A stretch of DNA of 38,113 nt from an uncultured Dictyoglomota bacterium (lineage in GTDB: Bacteria; Dictyoglomota; Dictyoglomia; Dictyoglomales; Dictyoglomaceae): NCBI GenBank assembly GCA_964654465.1, contig CAZZIO010000024.1, positions 1-38,113 of the forward strand, read 5' to 3'. Shown one piece after another: positions 1-9,835 of this stretch; the stretch's first letter is position 1, and the number at the start of each line of letters is the position of its first letter. The notes under the pieces are model-generated. The model ran no database searches and was not told the origin of the DNA. It worked only from the letters and a program-made list of their open reading frames with translations. Made by a program: the position numbers and the translations under genes.

Positions 1-294
1 GATCCCCTTATTTATGTGGAAGATTATAAAGAGATATATCAAAGATTTGTGCAAAGAATATTTCAAGAAATTGATCCATCTAAGATCTATGATCTATCCA
101 TAGGGGTCTTTAGAATCCCAAAAGATTATTTCAAAAGAATGAAAAAAATCTTTATAAATGAGGTCACCCTCTTCCCTTACGAAGAGGGTGACAACGCCTA
201 TACCTATCCTTACGGGCTTAAAAAAGAAATGATAAACTTCTTAATCGATAATGTTTCTTCATACATACCCAAGGAAAAAATCTTTATCATCTAA
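1..294 (+). CDS. 3' end of a spore-photoproduct-lyase (SplB)-like radical SAM protein; begins before the window
   Basis: Frame is open from base 1 (DPLIYVEDYKEIY...IYDLSIGVFR...). The DP-I...D-SxGxFR pattern resembles the C-terminal half of SPL-family proteins. The radical SAM Cys motif is not in the window. Confidence 0.55.
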   Translation, partial: DPLIYVEDYKEIYQRFVQRIFQEIDPSKIYDLSIGVFRIPKDYFKRMKKIFINEVTLFPYEEGDNAYTYPYGLKKEMINFLIDNVSSYIPKEKIFII

Positions 295-295
295 A

Positions 296-1447
296 TTATC
301 TCTTAGAAAATATATATTCTAAAAGCTCTCCTTTCATATCATGAGCATATTCCCAAGCAAAAATTCCACCAAGCCTATTTCTTTTTACATAGTCAATAAC
401 ATACTCTAATGCTTCCTTATCCATATATGTAATAAAGGTATCTCCATCAAAGAGATATGGAGCCTTAGCAACATCATCCCAATATCTCTTAAATTTTCCA
501 CTACTTATAAGCTTTTTTATCCCATCCCAAGAAATAGCATCTATACTCTCCTTATATGGTTGGAATAATCCATTATTCTCATTCTTAACTCCTTTCCAGC
601 CTCTTCCATAAAAAGGTACTCCTAATAGTATCTTCTCTGGAGGAACCACATTTAGATAAAGTTTTATTGCCTGATCAGTACTCCATCCTCCCCAAGCAGG
701 ATCCTTTGGATTGTTATAAAGATTTGCATGGTGCCCTGTAGTAGAGCTCCAAGATCCATAGTAGTCATAACTCATGACCTTCAAATGATCTACTATCTTA
801 GAAACTGCCACTACATCATTTTTTTGGAGAAACCATGGAGAGGCAGGAACTGCAACAGATAAGGAATAATTTTTACCAGTAGTTTCTGAAAGATTTAAAA
901 GCATATCCCTTAATTCCTTAAGTAAAATCACATAATTTTCCCTATCTTCTGGCCTTGTCCTTATAGGAAGACCCCAGTCAGGACCCACAGGATATTCCCA
1001 ATCAATATCAATACCATCAAAACCATAATCCAAGATCATTTTCTTAGCATTAACACAAAACTCAGCTCTTAATTTAGGATCATTAGCCATATCTGAAAAT
1101 CCTTCTGCTCCCCACCCACCTACCGAAATTATTATCTTTAAATCTTTATATCTTTCCCTTAATTTCTTTACCTCTGATTTTAAATCAAAACCCATTTCCA
1201 CATCAGGTATAAATATTTCAGAGCCATTTCTTATCAATCCAAAGGCAATAATTAACTCATCAACTCCCTTAAGGTTTAAATCATCTCCCTTCCAATATAT
1301 TCCCTTACTTATTTCCTCCTCTGTATCTCCCAAGGGCCATGTCCTAATATAGGTTCCTACTAAAAAATAGCCATCTTTTGGAAAAGAAGAATTAAAAAGG
1401 AACAAAATAAGAAATATCGTGGATAGCAAACAAATTAATCTTCTCAT
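296..1447 (-). CDS. Secreted GH18 chitinase (catalytic domain only)
   Basis: SVGGW and FDGIDIDWEYP (DxxDxDxE) motifs, MSYDY, GVPFYGR; hydrophobic N-terminal signal peptide. Confidence 0.93.
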   Translation of the reverse strand: MRRLICLLSTIFLILFLFNSSFPKDGYFLVGTYIRTWPLGDTEEEISKGIYWKGDDLNLKGVDELIIAFGLIRNGSEIFIPDVEMGFDLKSEVKKLRERYKDLKIIISVGGWGAEGFSDMANDPKLRAEFCVNAKKMILDYGFDGIDIDWEYPVGPDWGLPIRTRPEDRENYVILLKELRDMLLNLSETTGKNYSLSVAVPASPWFLQKNDVVAVSKIVDHLKVMSYDYYGSWSSTTGHHANLYNNPKDPAWGGWSTDQAIKLYLNVVPPEKILLGVPFYGRGWKGVKNENNGLFQPYKESIDAISWDGIKKLISSGKFKRYWDDVAKAPYLFDGDTFITYMDKEALEYVIDYVKRNRLGGIFAWEYAHDMKGELLEYIFSKR

Positions 1448-1478
1448 TTAAAATTCCCCCCTAATTTTTTTGATTAAT

Positions 1479-1508
1479 ATTATATAATTTTTAGGTAGAT
1501 ATAGTCAA
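1479..1508 (-). promoter_or_regulatory. Sigma70-type promoter of the chitinase gene
   Basis: Minus strand TTGACT (1508-1503), 18 nt spacer, TATAAT (1484-1479). Confidence 0.6.
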
Positions 1509-1628
1509 CTATATTAACTAAATATTAACTAGCATTGAATAATATATAAAAAAGGAGGATCTCCTATTGAAATTTTCAAGTTTTCAATTAAAATAAAAAA
1601 CAAAACACTATACTCGTATTGATAATAT

Positions 1629-2540
1629 ATGGAAGAAGAGAAGGAAGTATTAATAGTAGAAGATTCGCCAGCCCAAGCAGAGCATCTAAGAAGAATTCTC
1701 AGCAAATATGGATACTCTTCTTTTGTTGCTTTAAATGGAAAAGAGGCTTTAGAAATCCTTAAAGATCACTCTCCCAAAGCCATAATCTCCGATGTAATAA
1801 TGCCAGAGCTTAATGGCTTCCAACTCTGCCAAATTGTTAAGCAAAACGAAAAGACAAAAGATATAACTTTTATTCTCCTTACCTCCCTATCTGATCCCAA
1901 AGATATTGTGGAAGGGATAAAAGTGGGAGCAGATGGTTTCATAATGAAGCCCTATAATGCTAATTACCTAATCTCTACCCTCCAATATCTATTGTCTTTG
2001 AAAGAGCTAAGAAAAACTGGAATTATTGAACCATCTATAGAGTTTACTCTTTTCGGTAAAAGATATCGATTAAATACATCCCAAATCCAAATATTAAATT
2101 TACTTTTATCAGTGTATGAGAAAAAATTTGAAGAAAGTTTAGAAATAAAAGAACTTAAAAACACCATAGATAAATTAAGCAAAGAGATCACTAAGATAAA
2201 AGAACAAGAAAGTGAATATGATGTTCTTATTGAAGGAATTCCTGCTCCCATTATAGTAATTAGAAAAGATAATGAAGAGATTATCTCTACTAATTCATAT
2301 GCATTATCCTTTTTCAATATAAAAAAAGAAGAAATTATAGGGAAAAAAATTACTGATCTTTTATCCTTTACTCCCCTTTATTTTGCCAAATTTAAGGCAC
2401 TTCTTCTTCAAAATCATGAAAATAAAAGCTTCAATCTAAAAGGAAAATTAATATCTAAGGAAGAGGAATTAGAAATTATCGCCACCTATATAACTTATAA
2501 AGAGATACCTTCTTTACAACTTGTTATTAAGAAAGGTTAA
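1629..2540 (+). CDS. Response regulator receiver + coiled coil + PAS-like domain, no catalytic output
   Basis: VLIVEDS, IISDVIMP (phospho-acceptor Asp), LLTS, FIMKP; C-terminal PAS-like IPAPIIVI...N...FF...EEIIGKKITDL. Confidence 0.85.
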   Translation: MEEEKEVLIVEDSPAQAEHLRRILSKYGYSSFVALNGKEALEILKDHSPKAIISDVIMPELNGFQLCQIVKQNEKTKDITFILLTSLSDPKDIVEGIKVGADGFIMKPYNANYLISTLQYLLSLKELRKTGIIEPSIEFTLFGKRYRLNTSQIQILNLLLSVYEKKFEESLEIKELKNTIDKLSKEITKIKEQESEYDVLIEGIPAPIIVIRKDNEEIISTNSYALSFFNIKKEEIIGKKITDLLSFTPLYFAKFKALLLQNHENKSFNLKGKLISKEEELEIIATYITYKEIPSLQLVIKKG

Positions 2541-3843
2541 AACCCTTTTCCCTAAATAGCCTTATACAAATATCTACCACTTCTTCATAATACTTTATAC
2601 CTTTCCACTTTTCTATTTCAGAAAGGGCTGTATCAATACCAAGAGGAGGACGATAAGGCCTATGAGATGACATAGCATCTACCACATCCGACACTGATAT
2701 TATGCCCACTTCCAGACTTATATCTCCATTCTTTAATCCATCAGGATAACCTGTACCATCAAGCCTTTCATGATGGTGATACACAATATCTAAAACCTCT
2801 GGAGGAAAATCTATATTTTTTAGGATATCATATCCTTTAAAAGGATGCGTCTTCACAATCTCAAACTCAATAGGAGTAAGTTTTCCTGGTTTATTTAATA
2901 TCTCCGTAGGAATTGCAATCTTACCAATATCATGAAGTAGAGCCCCTATGTAAATTGCATTTATCTTTTCCTTTGAAAACCCCATCTCTTGAGCTATTCT
3001 TTTAGAAAGCTCTGCAACCCTTCTTTGATGGTTGGCTGTATAAGGATCTTTGTGCTCTATAATTGAAGATAGGGTTTTTATTATCTGTTGGGAATAACGT
3101 TCCAATTTAGAAACTGAATTTTTTAACTCTTTTTGAAGATGCTTTTGTTCCGTAACATCTACAATATATGCCACAGCCTTCTTTTCCTCAAAGATAGATA
3201 TAATGCATCTCAAATCTCTAATCCCATAACTTGGATCATAGGCTTCAAGTTCAAAATCCAACTTTTTATCTCCTTTGTAAAACTTAATAATCTCCCTTTT
3301 TACAATATCAAGATTTTGAGCAGTAAAATAATTAAAGAAATTTTCTTTAAAATTTTCAAAGGAAAAACCCACATACTCCTTTTCAAAAACATTATTCATC
3401 CTAACGAGTTTTATCTTATGTATGAATTCAAATATGGCCTCGGGATATGTATTAAAATAGGCCTCAAGATTCTCTCCTACAATTCTCCTTAAAGTGTCGA
3501 AATAAACCATAAGATTCTCAATATCAAGCTCAATAATAGGAACAGGTGCCTCCTGAAAGATCATCAGGTTTTCTTCATAAATCTCTTTTAACTTTTTAAC
3601 ATCATAGAGTACATAAACAGAAAGATCCTCTTTTACAATGGGAAACACATGGTAATGTATAGTTACCTTATTTCCATTCTTAGTTAAAAGATTATCTTTC
3701 TTTAATACTTCTTCAATATCTACCCCCTTCAATTCTTCCTTGGAGTAACCAGACAACTCTTCAAAACTCTTATTACAATTAAGAATTTTTCCATGTAAAT
3801 CTGTTATTAAAACAGAAAATTCAAATTCCAAATCATCTTTCAT
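2527..3843 (-). CDS. PAS-domain HD-GYP cyclic-dinucleotide phosphodiesterase
   Basis: KDPYTANHQRRV, LLHDIGK, HHERLDGTGYP, HRPYR; N-terminal PAS (ITDLHGKILNCNKSFEELSGYS). Confidence 0.92.
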   Translation of the reverse strand: MKDDLEFEFSVLITDLHGKILNCNKSFEELSGYSKEELKGVDIEEVLKKDNLLTKNGNKVTIHYHVFPIVKEDLSVYVLYDVKKLKEIYEENLMIFQEAPVPIIELDIENLMVYFDTLRRIVGENLEAYFNTYPEAIFEFIHKIKLVRMNNVFEKEYVGFSFENFKENFFNYFTAQNLDIVKREIIKFYKGDKKLDFELEAYDPSYGIRDLRCIISIFEEKKAVAYIVDVTEQKHLQKELKNSVSKLERYSQQIIKTLSSIIEHKDPYTANHQRRVAELSKRIAQEMGFSKEKINAIYIGALLHDIGKIAIPTEILNKPGKLTPIEFEIVKTHPFKGYDILKNIDFPPEVLDIVYHHHERLDGTGYPDGLKNGDISLEVGIISVSDVVDAMSSHRPYRPPLGIDTALSEIEKWKGIKYYEEVVDICIRLFREKGFNLS

Positions 3844-3876
3844 TAAAAAACGATCTCCTTATTTCTACATATACCC

Positions 3877-3912
3877 TTTTATATTATATAGTATTTTTAT
3901 ATTATATAGTAT
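3877..3912. repeat. Perfect 18-bp tandem duplication TTTTATATTATATAGTAT x2 in a divergent promoter region
   Basis: 3877-3894 is identical to 3895-3912. Confidence 0.85.
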
Positions 3913-3927
3913 AATAATATTAAATTT

Positions 3928-6321
3928 ATGAAGAGAACAATAATTTTTGTCACTTTTATTATCATATTACTTAACATATCTCATCCTCAAAGCTTAGATC
4001 TTAGAGGAAACTTAAACTTAAATCTTTATTACTCTTACTTTTTAGGAGAAACTTCTCTTAATTACCTTTCTTCAGATATAAAAGAGGGATTATACCTCTC
4101 ACAAAACTCTCAATTTTCATTAAACTATCTCTTACCAAATCTATCTCTATCCTTTAATTATCTCTCTCAACCTGTAGAAAAAATAAACCTTTCCATAGAC
4201 ACCTATAAGGTTCTTCTATATTTTAGTAATAATTTATCTTTATCCCTATCTCCTCTAACCCTTCACAATAAAATCCTTAATGGAATATATGTGAACTATA
4301 AAAACGATAAGTCAAATATACTTTTTGTAGTATCCCAGATTGAGAGCAAAAAGAAGATAGCTAAAATATATGGCAATAATTCAGAGGGTCCCTATTTCAT
4401 AGGGGACTTCTTTCTTGTACCAAATAAAGAAAGGGTCTTTTTAAATGGAAAATCCTTAGAAAGAGATACAGATTATATTATAGACTATACCTATGGGATT
4501 TTATATTTTAGCTTCCCTATATCCCAAGATGATGAATTACTTATAGAATATGAGGCCTCAGGATTTCAAGAGATATATAATCTATATGGATTTAGTCTAT
4601 CTTATAGTCTTATTGGCATGAATTTTATAAATCTACAAGATACAAATACTAAAACTAATAGAAGATTTTTAGAAGGGAATATTATATTTAAAAAGAATTT
4701 CCAATCCTTAGAAATAAGAAGAGCTTTTTCCTTCTTAGACGAGATTTATTCTGGATATGCAGATTATATAAAATATTCGTTAACACTACCAATATTGAAT
4801 ATAAACTTTGAATACCTATTTGGAGATAAAAATTATCCATATATACCTCAAGTATTAGGAAACCTAAATCTTACTTCAGGAGAAAAAATCTATTCTTTAA
4901 ACTTAAAATTAAATCCCTCTTTCATAGATCTTCTTTTTAACTTCTCTAAAGGAAAAGATGGAGAAAAAATTATAAGTAATGCAAAATGGAATATATATTC
5001 TTCTAATATCCTTTTATCTTATAAAAAGGAAAAGGACAATATTACCAATGGAATATTTTTTACATATACAAAAGCCTTTTTAAATCTTGGATATCAAAAA
5101 GAAATCTCCCAAAACTATATAGCAAGTACCTATTCTTACAGTTTTCAACCAAAAACGGACAACACCCAGCTTTATATATCCGTATCTAAGAAAAATATAA
5201 ATTCATCTGGCTCTATTTTAGAAGAAAACCAGCAAAATGCAGGAATCACCATATCAAACAGATCATGGGAAATAGGTTTTGGAGAAATCTACAAAGAAAA
5301 TATAAATTTAAATCCCTCCTCTCCAATAAATATTACCCAAAATTTTATCACCGATGGATACAATTCAATTTTTGAGCTCAATTATGTACCTGTTCAAGAT
5401 ATCTCTATTTATATAAACAATGTATATGTGGAAAATAATGGGACCTTTACATATTATCTACCAGACGGTACTTATGAAACCTATACCGTAAGCTATACCA
5501 TAGAGGAAAATCTATTAAATATATTATTTGAGGATGAAAATGGGAAAAATCCTCCACCCTCTGGACTCACCATAACTGTAAATTATAAAGCCTATATTCC
5601 TTTCAAGAGTATTACAAAAACTGATACTTTTAGCCTAAAGCTAAAATTCCAAAACCTTTCTCTCTCTTTGTCTTATCAAAAAATCCTAAAAGATCTAAAG
5701 GAAGATAAAGTACTTTCACTTTCCACTTACGGCATGATTCTTCCCTCCCTTTGGATAAATATTACAGGAAATACTTACCTTGGGAAAATAAAAAATAATA
5801 TTTCTCTAAATGCTACTTATTACTTCAATCCTTCCTCTTTATACTTTGGCCTCTATTACAATGAAATAGAAGGTAGAAGAATTTTATCCTCAAATATTAC
5901 TTTGAAACTATACCTTGCACCTTACGAAGCCAATTTAGGCATTGATTACTACAGAAATGACTATTCTAATAACTACTTCCAAAATATAGGTTATAATCTA
6001 AACCTAAAAAGAAAATTTAACACATGGGAATTAAAGGGGAGTATATCCCAAAACTGGAAATCAGCATCCTATAACCTTGGCCTTTATAGAACAAATCTCC
6101 AAAGTCTATCTATATCCTTTAATTATTTCGAAGGAAAGAATGAATTTTCACTTTCCCATGAAGGTTATAGTAATTCTGCCAATAAATATACTCTATCCTT
6201 TTCCTATTCTCCTTCTAAGCTAAAAGATAATATTTTTTACATAAAATATGTATATAATATATTAAATGACCAATTTCTTTCTATTTATCAGATAGGTGTA
6301 AAAGGTACTATAAATTTTTAA
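3928..6321 (+). CDS. Putative outer-membrane beta-barrel protein
   Basis: Signal peptide; Tyr/Asn/Ser-rich alternating amphipathic strands; ends YQIGVKGTINF (C-terminal Phe, beta-signal-like). Confidence 0.65.
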   Translation: MKRTIIFVTFIIILLNISHPQSLDLRGNLNLNLYYSYFLGETSLNYLSSDIKEGLYLSQNSQFSLNYLLPNLSLSFNYLSQPVEKINLSIDTYKVLLYFSNNLSLSLSPLTLHNKILNGIYVNYKNDKSNILFVVSQIESKKKIAKIYGNNSEGPYFIGDFFLVPNKERVFLNGKSLERDTDYIIDYTYGILYFSFPISQDDELLIEYEASGFQEIYNLYGFSLSYSLIGMNFINLQDTNTKTNRRFLEGNIIFKKNFQSLEIRRAFSFLDEIYSGYADYIKYSLTLPILNINFEYLFGDKNYPYIPQVLGNLNLTSGEKIYSLNLKLNPSFIDLLFNFSKGKDGEKIISNAKWNIYSSNILLSYKKEKDNITNGIFFTYTKAFLNLGYQKEISQNYIASTYSYSFQPKTDNTQLYISVSKKNINSSGSILEENQQNAGITISNRSWEIGFGEIYKENINLNPSSPINITQNFITDGYNSIFELNYVPVQDISIYINNVYVENNGTFTYYLPDGTYETYTVSYTIEENLLNILFEDENGKNPPPSGLTITVNYKAYIPFKSITKTDTFSLKLKFQNLSLSLSYQKILKDLKEDKVLSLSTYGMILPSLWINITGNTYLGKIKNNISLNATYYFNPSSLYFGLYYNEIEGRRILSSNITLKLYLAPYEANLGIDYYRNDYSNNYFQNIGYNLNLKRKFNTWELKGSISQNWKSASYNLGLYRTNLQSLSISFNYFEGKNEFSLSHEGYSNSANKYTLSFSYSPSKLKDNIFYIKYVYNILNDQFLSIYQIGVKGTINF

Positions 6322-6325
6322 AAAT

Positions 6326-6354
6326 TTGACATACATTTTTGTAAGTAGTATTAT
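6326..6354 (+). promoter_or_regulatory. Sigma70 promoter upstream of metG
   Basis: TTGACA (6326-6331), 17 nt spacer, TATTAT (6349-6354); SD GAAAGGAG before the TTG start. Confidence 0.75.
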
Positions 6355-6392
6355 TATCAAGGAATTTATAGGAATGAAAGGAGCGAAAGACC

Positions 6393-8273
6393 TTGAAAAA
6401 GAATAAATTCTATATAACAACTCCCATATATTATTCAAATTCTGAACCCCATATTGGGACTGTATATACTACGATCGTTGCGGATACCTTTGCCCGATTT
6501 TATAGGCTAAAAGATTATGATGTCTTTTTCTTAACCGGCCTTGATGAGCATGGCCAAAAATTAGCAAGAACCGCCCAAGAAAAAGGCTATTCTCCTCAAG
6601 AATATGTAGATATGATGGCCCAGAAGTTTTTAGATACATGGAAAAAAATTGGAATAACAAATGATGATTTTATAAGAACAACCCAGAAAAGACATGAAGA
6701 AGTAGTACAAAAGGTATTTCAAAAGCTATATGACAATGGGTATCTATACAAAGGTACCTATGCAGGATGGTATTGCACCCCCTGTGAAACATTCTATCAA
6801 AAAGAGGAACTCCATGATGGTAACTGTCCCAATTGTGGAAGACCTGTGGAATTTTTAGAAGAAGAAACCTACTATTTCAAATTATCCGAGTTTGGTCCCG
6901 CTCTCTTAAAATACATTGAGGAACATCCAGAATTTGTGTACCCCGAGTCAAGGAAAAATGAAGTAATAAGCTTTATAAAAAGTGGATTGAAAGATATAAG
7001 TGCTACAAGAACTACGGTAAAATGGGGAATACCTGTACCCTTTGATCCAAAGCATACAGTATATGTATGGTTTGATGCGCTGGTAAATTATATAAGTGCC
7101 CTTGGATATTTAAGTGATGATGATACAAAATTTAGAAGATATTGGCCTGCAGATGTACATCTTATAGGCAAAGATATTTTAAGATTCCATGCTATCATAT
7201 GGCCTGCCATCCTCATGGCTCTAAATATTCCATTGCCAAAAACTGTCCTTGCTCATGGATTCTGGACCATAAAGGGTGGAAAAATATCAAAATCAAAAGG
7301 AAACAAAGTAGATCCTCATGAATTAATTAATATTTATGGGGTAGATGCCTTAAGATACTTCTTACTTAGAGAAGTCCCCTTAGGATTAGATGGGGAATAT
7401 AGTGATGAAGCTTTCCACAGAAGATATACTTCAGATCTTGCCAACGATCTTGGAAATCTTTTAAATAGGGTGCTTACAGTGGCAGAAAAATATAGTGAAG
7501 GGAAAGTGCCAAACCCATCAGAAATGAAAGAAGAAGATAAAGCCTTATTGGAAAAAACAGAAGAAATGGCAAAAAGAGTAGAAGATGAAATGGAAAAATT
7601 CAACCCCTCATCTGCCCTTAGTTGTATTTGGGAAGTTATTCAAGATGCCAATAGATACATAGATCAACAAGCTCCTTGGAACTTAACATCCGATAAAGAA
7701 AGATTAAATACCGTAATCTATACCCTTTTAGAAACTTTGAGAAGAATATCTATTCTCCTTTATGCCTTTATACCTGACTCAGCTGTTAAAATACAAGAGC
7801 AGTTAGGATATCAAGATCCACAATTCTCTTGGGACCTTATTAAGGATGTTAAGATCCCGGTAGGGCAGAAACTAAATAAAGGTAAAATCTTATTCCCAAG
7901 AGTAGAAAGAAAGGAAAAGGAAGAGAAAGAAGAAGTTAAAGAAGAGCCAAAGATCCCTATTGAGGAATTCAAAAAGATAGATCTCAGAGTAGCCAAAGTA
8001 TTATCAGCAAGAAAGGTTGAAAATAGCGATAAATTGCTTCTTTTGGAGATTGATTTAGGGGACGAAAAAAGACAAATAGTAGCAGGAATTGCAGAACATT
8101 ACAAACCTGAAGATATGGTAGGAAGGGAAATCATTGTGGTGTATAATCTACAGCCGGCCAAAATAAGAGGATACGAATCTCAAGGTATGCTTCTTGCAGC
8201 CAAGGATTCGAAGGGTCGCCTTGCCATATTGACTCCTGAAAAGGAGGTAGACCCAGGATCGAAGGTGAGTTAA
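6393..8273 (+). CDS. metG: Methionyl-tRNA synthetase with C-terminal tRNA-binding OB domain
   Basis: FYITTPIYY, HIGT (HIGH-like), TGLDEHGQK, CxxC...CxxC knuckle, YVWFDAL, KISKS (KMSKS-like), C-terminal DLRVAKV...SQGMLLA. Confidence 0.97.
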   Translation: MKKNKFYITTPIYYSNSEPHIGTVYTTIVADTFARFYRLKDYDVFFLTGLDEHGQKLARTAQEKGYSPQEYVDMMAQKFLDTWKKIGITNDDFIRTTQKRHEEVVQKVFQKLYDNGYLYKGTYAGWYCTPCETFYQKEELHDGNCPNCGRPVEFLEEETYYFKLSEFGPALLKYIEEHPEFVYPESRKNEVISFIKSGLKDISATRTTVKWGIPVPFDPKHTVYVWFDALVNYISALGYLSDDDTKFRRYWPADVHLIGKDILRFHAIIWPAILMALNIPLPKTVLAHGFWTIKGGKISKSKGNKVDPHELINIYGVDALRYFLLREVPLGLDGEYSDEAFHRRYTSDLANDLGNLLNRVLTVAEKYSEGKVPNPSEMKEEDKALLEKTEEMAKRVEDEMEKFNPSSALSCIWEVIQDANRYIDQQAPWNLTSDKERLNTVIYTLLETLRRISILLYAFIPDSAVKIQEQLGYQDPQFSWDLIKDVKIPVGQKLNKGKILFPRVERKEKEEKEEVKEEPKIPIEEFKKIDLRVAKVLSARKVENSDKLLLLEIDLGDEKRQIVAGIAEHYKPEDMVGREIIVVYNLQPAKIRGYESQGMLLAAKDSKGRLAILTPEKEVDPGSKVS

Positions 8274-8274
8274 G

Positions 8275-9825
8275 ATGCCATTAGCATTATATAGAAAATA
8301 TAGGCCTCAAACCTTTGAAGAAGTTGTAGGCCAAGAACATATAGTAATAACATTACAAAACAGTCTTAAGTACAACCATATAGGTCATGCCTACCTCTTT
8401 GCAGGGCCAAGAGGTACAGGAAAGACCACTGTTGCAAGAATCTTAGCAAAATCCCTTAATTGTGCAGAAGGTCCGACACCAACCCCATGTTTAAAGTGTG
8501 CCTCTTGTATGGAAATTTCAGAAGGAAGAAGCATAGATGTAATTGAGATAGATGCTGCCTCTAATCGTGGAATAGATGAGATAAGGGATATCAGAGAGAA
8601 AGCAAGACTCTTACCTGTAAGGGATAGATATAAGGTATATATCATAGACGAAGTCCACATGTTAACAAATGAAGCCTTTAATGCCCTATTAAAGATATTG
8701 GAAGAGCCTCCAGATCACGTAGTATTTATCATGGCAACCACTGAGCCTCAAAAGATACCTTTAACTATTCTTTCCCGATGTCAAAGATTTGACTTTAGAA
8801 GATTAACAAGGGATGAGATAGTTAAACAATTGGCAAAAATTGCAGAGAAAGAAGGGGCTAAAATAACAGAAGGAGCATTAAAACTCATTGCCTTACAAGC
8901 TCAAGGCTCCTTAAGAGATTCCATTAGTCTTCTTGAACAGCTCTTGGTATATGGAGATCAAGAGATCAATGAAGAACTTGCAAGAAACCTTCTTGGTCTT
9001 CCCACCTATGAATTTACTTATACCTTTGCAAAGGCCCTTGGAGAATATAACTTAGCAGAAGGTTACAGTCTTCTTCAACAGATATTTCAGATGGGTAAAA
9101 ACCCACAACAATTTGCAAGGGATCTTTTACGGCATTTTAGAAATTTACTTCTTCTTAAGGCAGATCCAAGGGTTGGAAATATTCTCTCCCTTACTCAGGA
9201 AGAATATGACGAACTTATAGAGGAAACGAAACTATATACCATAAAAAGATTACAAGAAATAATTGATCAGCTTCTTATCTTAGAAAATAGACTTAGAGAC
9301 CTTACCAACGCCCCCTTAGTTATGGAAATGCTTCTAATTCCTCTCTTCATAAAACCAGAAGGTGGAGAAGTAATTTTAGAAGCACCATTAGAGAAAGAAG
9401 AAAAGAAGGTAGAAGTTAAAAAGCAAGAACCAGTAAAAGAAGAAAAGAAATCAGAAGAAAAAGGTATAGATATAGAGGTTGTCAAGGATAAATGGACAAC
9501 TGTATTAGAAAGAGTAAAGAAGAAAAAAGTATCCTTAGAAGCCATGCTTAGAGAGGCAAGAATTGTAGGAATTGATGAGGAAGGAAGATTAGTTCTTGGC
9601 CTTCCCAAGACATTATCATTCCTTAAAGAGAGATTAGAAGAAAGACCAAATAGAAGTGTAGTAGAAGAAAAAATAAGAGAGGTTTATGGGGTACAGATTC
9701 CTGTAAAATTTATTACCATGGAAGATGATCTAATTTTAGACAATCCCAAAATTTCCAGTAAGAAAGAGGAGAACCTTTCTACTGAGGAGATAAGAAACTT
9801 CTTTAAGGGAAAAACCTTAGAATAG
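8275..9825 (+). CDS. dnaX: DNA polymerase III subunit gamma/tau
   Basis: LYRKYRPQTF, GPRGTGKTT, EIDAASN, IIDEVHML, SRCQ. Confidence 0.97.
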   Translation: MPLALYRKYRPQTFEEVVGQEHIVITLQNSLKYNHIGHAYLFAGPRGTGKTTVARILAKSLNCAEGPTPTPCLKCASCMEISEGRSIDVIEIDAASNRGIDEIRDIREKARLLPVRDRYKVYIIDEVHMLTNEAFNALLKILEEPPDHVVFIMATTEPQKIPLTILSRCQRFDFRRLTRDEIVKQLAKIAEKEGAKITEGALKLIALQAQGSLRDSISLLEQLLVYGDQEINEELARNLLGLPTYEFTYTFAKALGEYNLAEGYSLLQQIFQMGKNPQQFARDLLRHFRNLLLLKADPRVGNILSLTQEEYDELIEETKLYTIKRLQEIIDQLLILENRLRDLTNAPLVMEMLLIPLFIKPEGGEVILEAPLEKEEKKVEVKKQEPVKEEKKSEEKGIDIEVVKDKWTTVLERVKKKKVSLEAMLREARIVGIDEEGRLVLGLPKTLSFLKERLEERPNRSVVEEKIREVYGVQIPVKFITMEDDLILDNPKISSKKEENLSTEEIRNFFKGKTLE

Positions 9826-9835
9826 GAGGGATAAA

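Noticed and set aside
9410-9535. dnaX programmed frameshift or slippage site
   Set aside because: Only T-AAA-AAG and an A6 run were seen; no A-AAA-AAG heptamer with hairpin and no A9 tract.
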